Shown: positions 57,310-64,000 of the stretch, piece after piece
How positions within the stretch are numbered: position 1 is the stretch's first letter
Layout: every line of letters starts with the position of its first letter
Source: a candidate division FCPU426 bacterium
GTDB lineage: Bacteria > Oederibacteriota > Muellerivitia > Muellerivitales > Muellerivitaceae
Assembly (NCBI GenBank): GCA_963719085.1
Contig: CAVRAL010000004.1
Coordinates: forward strand, 608,001 to 672,000
Length of the DNA: 64,000 nt
Reading direction: 5' to 3'
Position numbers and translations under genes: made by a program
The notes under the pieces: model-generated
Told to the model about the DNA's origin: nothing
Seen by the model: only the letters and a program-made list of their open reading frames with translations
The model's database searches: none

Positions 57310-58262
57310 TGGAGCCGGGAATCCGCCAGGTAGTGCTGGTCGAAAAGATCGTCAATTTTAAAGTCATGCCGAAGGATTCCGGTCTTCAAAAGAAAAGTTT
57401 TGATCTGTCCCATGGCCTTAATGTCCGATTCTTGAACGTCCATGGACCAATCGTAACCCCTCAGGCTTTCGGCCATGACCTTGGGGGGGAACTGGCTGTT
57501 GGCGGATAAAAGTCTCAGGGCTTCTTTCGGGTGTTTTTTCAAATAGTCATCGGCCCTTTCGGTGGCTTGTAAAAAGGCCTCGACCAACCGGGGGTTGGCC
57601 GCGCCGAAAGCGCCCCGCGTCATATAAACGCTTAAATTTCCCGAAACTTTCGCGGAATCCACCAACACCCTCGCCTTTCCCGCCATCTCCAGTTGAGTCC
57701 GGTAGGGCATCCAAAGCACGATGGCGTCCACACTGCCGCTTTCGAGCGCCGGTCCCTGGTCAGGCCCGGGAAGATTCACCAATTGAACATCTTTCAAGCT
57801 CATGCCTTTTTGGGCCAGCACCTGCTGTAAAAAATAATGCACGCTCGATCCCACTTGGACCGCCACTCGTTTTCCCTTAAGGTCCTCAATCGATTGAATG
57901 GGGGAATCGGGGCTCACTAAAACCGCGTTGGTGGCCGGGTTAAAAGCCGCCTTGGCGATCACCTTCACATCCACGCCGTTGGAGCGGCCGATTAAGGGGG
58001 GCATATTGCCCACGTTCATCAGGTCCACCCGGTTCCCGGCGGTGGCCTCAATGATGAGCGGCCCGGAAAGGAATAAGTCGTACTCGACCTTGGCGCCCAG
58101 GGGAGCGAAGGCCTTCTCATAGTAGCCCTTGCTCTTGCCCAACAGGATGGCGCTGGAGGTCGGTTGATAACCAATGCGCACCGTTACCGCCGACGATTGA
58201 GCCCAACCGGGCCCGACCCCCAGCGAAAGAAAAAATAAAAAAAATCTCAAAACCAATCGCAT
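57306..58262 (-). CDS. SsuA/NMT1-type ABC substrate-binding protein
   Basis: Signal peptide, VRIGYQ, F.SGP...EA, G..PP, DLKGKRVAV..GS. Confidence 0.88.
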   Translation of the reverse strand: MRLVLRFFLFFLSLGVGPGWAQSSAVTVRIGYQPTSSAILLGKSKGYYEKAFAPLGAKVEYDLFLSGPLIIEATAGNRVDLMNVGNMPPLIGRSNGVDVKVIAKAAFNPATNAVLVSPDSPIQSIEDLKGKRVAVQVGSSVHYFLQQVLAQKGMSLKDVQLVNLPGPDQGPALESGSVDAIVLWMPYRTQLEMAGKARVLVDSAKVSGNLSVYMTRGAFGAANPRLVEAFLQATERADDYLKKHPKEALRLLSANSQFPPKVMAESLRGYDWSMDVQESDIKAMGQIKTFLLKTGILRHDFKIDDLFDQHYLADSRLQ

Positions 58263-58296
58263 CCGGCTTTCTCCTTGAGATTCATGTTACCCGTGA

Positions 58297-59055
58297 TTAT
58301 GACTCAAAAAATTCACGACGGATACCCTCGCGGATTTTAACGAAGGCGGCGGCGCCCCGGTTACGGGGCCGGGTTAATTTGACCGGCACTATTTTCTGAA
58401 GGCTTCCAGGCCTCGGCCCCATGACTAAAACCCGGTCGCCCAGGTAAACCGCCTCGTCGATATCATGGGTCACTAAAAGCATGGTCATTTTCTCGGTTTG
58501 CCAAATCCGAAGAATTTCTTTTTGCATCTGGATGCGGGTCAAGGCGTCCAAGGCCCCCAAGGGCTCGTCGAGCAAAAGCACCTGGGGCCGGCCCACCAGG
58601 GCCCGGGCGATGGCGGCGCGCTGCTGCATGCCCCCGGAGAGTTGGTGGGGATAGGACTTTTCAAACCCCGTAAGACCCACCAATTTTAAATGCCGGTGAA
58701 CAGTTTCGGCGATTTCGGTGGGCGATAAATTTTTCGGGCATCCAAAAGCCACGTTTTGTTCCGCGGTCATCCAAGGAAAAAGCCGGGGTTCTTGGAAAAC
58801 CATTCCCCGGCTAAGATTGGGCCCCGCCAAAGGCCGGCCGCCTAAAAGAATAGCCCCCCCGCTGGGACTTTCCAGCCCCGCGATCAAGCGCAACAGGGTC
58901 GACTTGCCGCAGCCGCTTTTCCCCACCAAGGTCACGAATTCACCGGGCGAAATTGTTAGGTCGATCGGCGATAAAACCGACAACCGCCCTTGGGGCAGGG
59001 CGAAACTTTTCGAAACTTGGTTGAGTTGAAGGCCCGCGGTTTTCATGGGTTCCAT
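58297..59055 (-). CDS. SsuB/TauB-type ABC ATPase
   Basis: GKSGCGKST, FQEPRLFPW, LSGGMQQR, DEPLGALDALTR. Confidence 0.92.
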   Translation of the reverse strand: MEPMKTAGLQLNQVSKSFALPQGRLSVLSPIDLTISPGEFVTLVGKSGCGKSTLLRLIAGLESPSGGAILLGGRPLAGPNLSRGMVFQEPRLFPWMTAEQNVAFGCPKNLSPTEIAETVHRHLKLVGLTGFEKSYPHQLSGGMQQRAAIARALVGRPQVLLLDEPLGALDALTRIQMQKEILRIWQTEKMTMLLVTHDIDEAVYLGDRVLVMGPRPGSLQKIVPVKLTRPRNRGAAAFVKIREGIRREFFES

Positions 59056-59870
59056 TTCAAAAGCCGCCGCTCCAAGCGCAGCAGGACGAAATCAATCAAA
59101 AGACCGGTCAAGCCGATGGCCGCCACGCCCACTAGCATGACATCGGGCTGGGAAACTTCCCGGGCGTACATGATGAGATAGCCGATGCCGGAGGAAGCCG
59201 CGATGAGTTCGGCCCCCACCACGCTGGCCCAGGCAATGCCCATGCCCACCCGATAGCCGGTAAAAAGCGACGGCAGCGCCGAGGGCAAAATGATCCGGGT
59301 TAAAAGGGTGAAGCGGTCTTTTTCCAGTAAGCGGGCCACTTCCAGGTAATGGACATTCACCGATCGAACGCCTTGGGACGCGTTTAAAAGCACCGGCCAA
59401 AAGCTTCCCACCGCGATCACCGTCACCTTTGAGCCTTCCCCGATGCCCATCCATAAAATGAGCGCCGGCACCCAGGCGATGGTCGGAATCGGCCGAAGCA
59501 GGCCGGTCAAAAGCGAGAGCGCCTTTTCCAACCAGGGAAAAAGTCCCATGGCCAGCCCTAAAAAAGTTCCCGCGCCCGCGCCGATCCCGAAGCCTTCCAA
59601 AACCCGTATCAGGCTCACCCGCAAGTCATTCCAAAGTTCCCCCGATTGGATCATGGAAACAAGCGTGGCGCCGATCACGCGCGGCGAAGGCAAATAAGAG
59701 GATTGAAACCAACCCCGGTCGCAGGCGGTTTGCCACAGCGCCAAAAGGAAAACCGGAACCACTAAAGGAAATCCCCAGGTGAAAAGGCGGGAAATTTTTT
59801 TGGATAATTCTTTCAAAGGACTCAAGGGATCCGCCTTAGGCGCTGGTGGAAGACGCACGGCGATCGCCAT
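59043..59870 (-). CDS. SsuC/TauC-type ABC permease
   Basis: LPSP, SL.RV..GF, RPIP..AW.P..ILW.GIGE..K, VGAELIA...GIG; start may be later. Confidence 0.9.
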   Translation of the reverse strand: MAIAVRLPPAPKADPLSPLKELSKKISRLFTWGFPLVVPVFLLALWQTACDRGWFQSSYLPSPRVIGATLVSMIQSGELWNDLRVSLIRVLEGFGIGAGAGTFLGLAMGLFPWLEKALSLLTGLLRPIPTIAWVPALILWMGIGEGSKVTVIAVGSFWPVLLNASQGVRSVNVHYLEVARLLEKDRFTLLTRIILPSALPSLFTGYRVGMGIAWASVVGAELIAASSGIGYLIMYAREVSQPDVMLVGVAAIGLTGLLIDFVLLRLERRLLKWNP

Positions 59871-60750
59871 CCAGGTGTGTCGTCGCCAGGCGATCGGCTA
59901 AATAGCTGGACCGGGTCAGGGGCGAGGCTTGAACGGTCATCCCCATCTCTTTCCCAATTTGGGTGAAGCGCTCGTAGCGTTCCAACGGCACAGTTTCGGC
60001 GACGTCTAAATCAGAGCCCGGCGGTTTTAGGTATTGTCCGATCGTAAAAAACTGGACCCCGGCCCGGGCGGCATCCCTCAAAACCCCGGCCACTTCCTCT
60101 TCGGTCTCGCCAAAACCCACCATCAACCCGGCCTTGAGCATCAACCGTTTGGAATCGCCGGTCTTTGAAAACCAGCGGAAAAGATCGAGCGAGCGGTCAT
60201 AGAGGGCGCCCGGCCGGATACGCGCGTAAAGCCTGGGGACTGTCTGAAGATCGTGGGCCAAAACATCCGGCGGATTCCGCGTCAGAATCTCGTAAGAGGC
60301 CTCTTTGCCTTGGAAGTCGGGCACCAGGATTTCAATCTTGAGTTCGGGATCGAAGGCGCGAAGCGCCGTCACAATCCGGCCAAATTGGGCGGCCCCGCCA
60401 TCGGAAAGCTCATCCCGATTAGGGGAGGTCATGACCAAGTAGCGCACCTTCAAGGCCCGGGCGATCTCAACGACTTTGGCTGGTTCGTCCACATCCAGCG
60501 GCAGGGGTTTTCCCGTGGTCACCGCGCAAAAAGGGCAGCCCCGGGTGCAAATGGATCCCATCACCATGATCGAGATTGTTCCATGATGGGGCAGGCATTC
60601 CCCCCGGTTGGGGCATTTGGCTTCCTCGCAAATCGTGTGGATGCCGTTCATCGGCAGCCGCGCGATGGCTTGACGGAAGGGGTGTTTGGGATGGGGGTTG
60701 ATGAGAAAAGAAGGCGTCGTGGGCGATGAATTGAGGATCGGTTGGCTCAT
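59836..60750 (-). CDS. lipA: Lipoyl synthase-like radical SAM enzyme
   Basis: CEEAKCPNRGEC auxiliary cluster motif, CTRGCPFC, GQYL.P, RSSY. Confidence 0.88.
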   Translation of the reverse strand: MSQPILNSSPTTPSFLINPHPKHPFRQAIARLPMNGIHTICEEAKCPNRGECLPHHGTISIMVMGSICTRGCPFCAVTTGKPLPLDVDEPAKVVEIARALKVRYLVMTSPNRDELSDGGAAQFGRIVTALRAFDPELKIEILVPDFQGKEASYEILTRNPPDVLAHDLQTVPRLYARIRPGALYDRSLDLFRWFSKTGDSKRLMLKAGLMVGFGETEEEVAGVLRDAARAGVQFFTIGQYLKPPGSDLDVAETVPLERYERFTQIGKEMGMTVQASPLTRSSYLADRLATTHLDGDRRASSTSA

Positions 60751-60811
60751 GAGGGGCCCAGCATAATCCAAAAACTGATTTTTTTCGACGCTCAAGCCAA
60801 GTCCGGAAAAT

Positions 60812-60838
60812 AAAAAGGCCCCGGATTTGGGGCCTTTT
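60812..60838 (-). terminator. Intrinsic terminator after the DoxX gene
   Basis: aaaaggcccc/ggggcctttt stem. Confidence 0.8.
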
Positions 60839-60861
60839 GAACCAAGCGATAAAAGCGGTTT

Positions 60862-61242
60862 TTACTTTTTGGAGTGCTTCGCGGGAAACGTCGTCGCGAT
60901 GACCAAAGCGCCGCCTAAAAGTCCCAGGTCTTTAAACAGCCCCATCATGGACATCATTTTGGTGGCCGGATTCCCCATGCCCGGCAGATGGATGGTCACG
61001 ATAAAGACCGTCAGCATCAGGGCCAAACCAAAGCAAGCCGTGCGGCCCTGGATGCCCGTAATGATGGCCAGCGCGGCCAAAACCATGGCCACCCCGGTGA
61101 AATAAATCCAAAAGACCCCGCCCGGGATAAAGGCCGGCACCATGCCGCCCATATTGGTGGCGTTCGTCAAATGGCCGAAACCAAAAGCCAAAAAGGGCAA
61201 GGCGTAAATAACACGGCCAACGACCATCAGCATCTTTTCCAT
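60862..61242 (-). CDS. DoxX-family membrane protein
   Basis: GR..YALPF..FG..H, FWIYFTG, FKDLGL.GGAL; AAGGAG SD. Confidence 0.85.
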   Translation of the reverse strand: MEKMLMVVGRVIYALPFLAFGFGHLTNATNMGGMVPAFIPGGVFWIYFTGVAMVLAALAIITGIQGRTACFGLALMLTVFIVTIHLPGMGNPATKMMSMMGLFKDLGLLGGALVIATTFPAKHSKK

Positions 61243-61309
61243 GATCGACTCCTTTAGTTTAAGTGAGCTTCGCCTATTGTATCGGCAACCCTCAAAGACG
61301 AAAAGCTCC

Positions 61310-62200
61310 CTACCGGGCCGCTTGCTCCACCAAAACACCCCATCCTTCCTTCGGCGAAGGATAGCTCGGTTTCCAACCCGTGGCCGCTTTAAACCGGCGG
61401 TTGGAAAGAAGCAAGGATCCATCCGAAGGCTCTTTGGGCCGGGTCAAAAGCGACAGCCAAAAGGGCGGACGAAAAAGTGACCGGCGCCCCAAAGCTTCCG
61501 CCAACATCCGGGCGGATTGACCCCGGGGGGACGGCTCGTCCTCGCAAACATTAAAGACACCGGTGGGCGCGTGCAGGGCGAAGCCGACGGCTGAGGCGGC
61601 GTCATCGGCGTGGATCCGGGGTAAAAATCCCAGAAGCGGTTCCAGCTCCGCGAAATAACCAAGCTTCGCCCACTTCAGCATGCGGCGGGTTTCGTTATCA
61701 TCCGCTGAATAAATTTGGGCCATTCGCAAAATGACGGGCACAGCCCCGGCTTTTTCCAGCTCCAAGACGTTTCGCTCCATCGCGCGGATGGAGTAGGAAA
61801 CTGCGTCGGTTTTCACCGCGCCCTCCTCGCCGATCCAGTCACGGCCGTTATCCCGGTAAACCCGGTAGGAGGATTCCTCAATGAAGCGGCCCACATGGTT
61901 TTTCAGAGCCGCGTGAACCAGGTTGAGCGAGATCGCCCGCCTCAGCGCGTGCGCTTTTTTCCAAGTCCGGGGCCCCAAGCCGCCCGTCAGATTGAGGATG
62001 ACTTCCTGCCCATAGGTGGCCACTTGGGTGTCGACCACATTTAATAAATTCACCTTCGAGGCCCGCGCGCCTAAGCTTTGAGCCAAACGGACTTCCTCGG
62101 AGGAAGCCATCGCCGCTGTTACCGCGTGATGGTCCCGGACCAGCGCTTTGAGGACTCGACGGCCCAAAGGACCGGCGGCCCCCGTTATGAATATTTTCAT
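61310..62200 (-). CDS. NAD(P)-dependent epimerase/atypical SDR
   Basis: MKIFITGAAGPLG, IH.DDAA.A, N.RFK...GW.P.YP. Confidence 0.8.
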   Translation of the reverse strand: MKIFITGAAGPLGRRVLKALVRDHHAVTAAMASSEEVRLAQSLGARASKVNLLNVVDTQVATYGQEVILNLTGGLGPRTWKKAHALRRAISLNLVHAALKNHVGRFIEESSYRVYRDNGRDWIGEEGAVKTDAVSYSIRAMERNVLELEKAGAVPVILRMAQIYSADDNETRRMLKWAKLGYFAELEPLLGFLPRIHADDAASAVGFALHAPTGVFNVCEDEPSPRGQSARMLAEALGRRSLFRPPFWLSLLTRPKEPSDGSLLLSNRRFKAATGWKPSYPSPKEGWGVLVEQAAR

Positions 62201-62427
62201 GCCTCTTTCTTTCAGCGTAGGCGTAACGCGTGAATGGATTTGACCCAAACCGCCCTACCCCTATTTTAGAAAAGCGCGGCTGGCTTCGCCTAAGGGAACC
62301 CGAGGGGATTTGGGAGAACGTTGATACTTTTAGAGGAATGACTAAAGGTAAATGAAAAACCTTAATCGCTCCTCTTAATGGGAAACAGGAAAAAGGAGCG
62401 GTGTAATTCCGCCGGTTTGTCTGAGTA

Positions 62428-63609
62428 TCAGACTGGCGGGACAACCGCGGAAACCAGCTCCAATTCGGTAATTTCGGAAGCCGTGCCCAGGCGCATGGGA
62501 GGACCCCAATAGCCCGTCCCGCAACTGACATAAAGCTGGGAATCCCCTTCCCGGTAAAGCCCCGCCATATAGGGCTGGGCCAACCGGACCAGATAATTAA
62601 AGGGGAACATTTGGCCCCCATGGGTATGGCCGGATAGCTGAAGGTCCACTTGCTGTTTGACGGCTTCCAAAAAAGTCACCGGCTGATGGGCCAGCACAAT
62701 CACGGGTTTCATAGGATCCCGCCCGGCCAGGGTCTTTTCCAAGTCGGGATTGACGCCAAATTGGCGGGCCGCCAAATCCGGCAGGCCGGCCAGCTCAAAC
62801 CCTTTTTTGCCTCCGATGGAAACCCGCTGATTTTCCAAAGGTGTAATTCCTATTTTTCTCAACCAGTCGTACCAGCCCGGGACATCCTGGGTGTAATACT
62901 CGTGGTTGCCTGTGATGAAATAAACGCCGTCCTTGGCTTTCAAGTTTTTTAACGGCGCCACGAAAGGCTCGAGCTCTTTCACGCTTCCATCCACCAAATC
63001 ACCCGTGAGGACGATTAAATCGGCATTCAAGGCATTGACCTGATCGACCACGGTTTGGACATAAGAAAGGCCGATCGTGGAACCCACATGAAGGTCGCTG
63101 ATCTGCGCGATGCGGTAGCCGTTCTTTTCGGGCGACAGCTTTTTAAGAGCTACCTTTACCTTTTTAATTTGAATCGCTCCGGCGGTGGCGCCAAAAAAAC
63201 CAAAAAAAGAAAGGCCGCCTGAACCCGCCAAAGCGAGGCTCGCCACCAGCAGATTGATAAAATGCCGTCTTTCCGGATCCATGGGCGTTCCGGATAGGAG
63301 GCCGCCCAGCCACAAGGGCAACTTGACCAAGTCGCCCAAGGCCAAGAGCACGACCAAGAAAAAAGAAACCCCCATCCAAAGGAACACGACCCAAGAAACC
63401 GGCGCGGCCAAGGACTGGGACGCCGTGCGGATGAGCGTAAAACCCACGGGAATTAAAAGCCCGAAAAAGATGATGGCGCAGGTCGCGACGGCCTTCCAAG
63501 GCATCGGAAGGCCGGTGTCGCGCACCAACCGGGCCCAAAGGTAGTAATGCAAACTAAAAAGAATAAACAACACCACGCTCAAAAACATAAAGAAGGAACG
63601 ATGCCGCAT
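62428..63609 (-). CDS. Membrane-anchored metallophosphoesterase (YkuE-like)
   Basis: SDLH, TGDLVD, GNHEYY, AHQP, SGHTHGGQ, GYWGPPMRLG. Confidence 0.92.
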   Translation of the reverse strand: MRHRSFFMFLSVVLFILFSLHYYLWARLVRDTGLPMPWKAVATCAIIFFGLLIPVGFTLIRTASQSLAAPVSWVVFLWMGVSFFLVVLLALGDLVKLPLWLGGLLSGTPMDPERRHFINLLVASLALAGSGGLSFFGFFGATAGAIQIKKVKVALKKLSPEKNGYRIAQISDLHVGSTIGLSYVQTVVDQVNALNADLIVLTGDLVDGSVKELEPFVAPLKNLKAKDGVYFITGNHEYYTQDVPGWYDWLRKIGITPLENQRVSIGGKKGFELAGLPDLAARQFGVNPDLEKTLAGRDPMKPVIVLAHQPVTFLEAVKQQVDLQLSGHTHGGQMFPFNYLVRLAQPYMAGLYREGDSQLYVSCGTGYWGPPMRLGTASEITELELVSAVVPPV

Positions 63610-63685
63610 GAAAATCCGATCATGGAAAAATGGGAAACAAACCGGAAAAGAGTAACTGAAAAAGCACTGAGTTCGCAAGCCCCAC

Positions 63686-63775
63686 AGTCCTGAACTTTAT
63701 CTGGTGGGGAAGTCCTGCGTTTCAAAAGCTTATTTGCGGGAAAGTCCTGCATTCCAAATGCTTACCTGGTGGGAC
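63686..63775. repeat. Degenerate ~32-bp tandem repeat
   Basis: AGTCCTG at 63686, 63711 and 63743, each followed by a (C/T)TTA..TG(G)(T/C)GGG segment. Confidence 0.7.
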
Positions 63776-63787
63776 AAGATTTGCCGC

Positions 63788-63976
63788 TTAAAACGAGAGC
63801 CAACTTTGAGGATTGGAGTTAAAGAATATATAGCCGGTACAAACCAACGCGATCAAAAAGAAAATCCACAATAAAATTCCAGTAGGGTCAAAGGTCGAAA
63901 AAGAACAGCCGCATCGGGGGCAATGGCTGGCCGAGGCGGAAAGTTTATTTTTGCAATCGGGGCAAAGCCAAGGCAC
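63788..63976 (-). CDS. Small zinc-ribbon + TM protein
   Basis: CPDC..CPRCG followed by one TM helix; GAGG SD before GTG. Confidence 0.65.
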   Translation of the reverse strand: MPWLCPDCKNKLSASASHCPRCGCSFSTFDPTGILLWIFFLIALVCTGYIFFNSNPQSWLSF

Positions 63977-64000
63977 GCGAAACCTCGAGGAGAACTAAAA

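Noticed and set aside
63686..63775. Possible CRISPR array
   Set aside because: Units are adjacent and degenerate, with no unique spacers and no cas genes

Overview
Gene-dense, GC-rich bacterial chromosomal window with about 58 CDS. The organism is a diderm (two TolC, outer-membrane barrels, lipoproteins). I saw no rRNA, tRNA, CRISPR array, phage or intact mobile element. Recognisable modules are marR-tolC-emrA-emrB; tolC-RND without an adaptor; nodIJ-like ABC; TPAT-type TRAP transporter (tatT-dctP-dctQM); pncB-pncA; a DUF547-gdh-GH63-DedA-GT-C operon; ABC-F/SEC-C/ridA; and three GT-C-fold membrane glycosyltransferase-like genes. The best candidate for an undescribed system is the operon at 56941-60750: a variant lipoyl synthase, an SsuABC-type importer and an intact but apparently catalytically dead RAYT/Y1-transposase-fold gene. 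Other notable signals are a three-gene Mrp remnant lacking its charged residues, a rhomboid with altered active-site motifs, recurrent leaderless promoters, three REP/MITE-like palindromes built from short repeat units, and visible operator sites. All family calls come from motif recognition by eye; no database searches were run.
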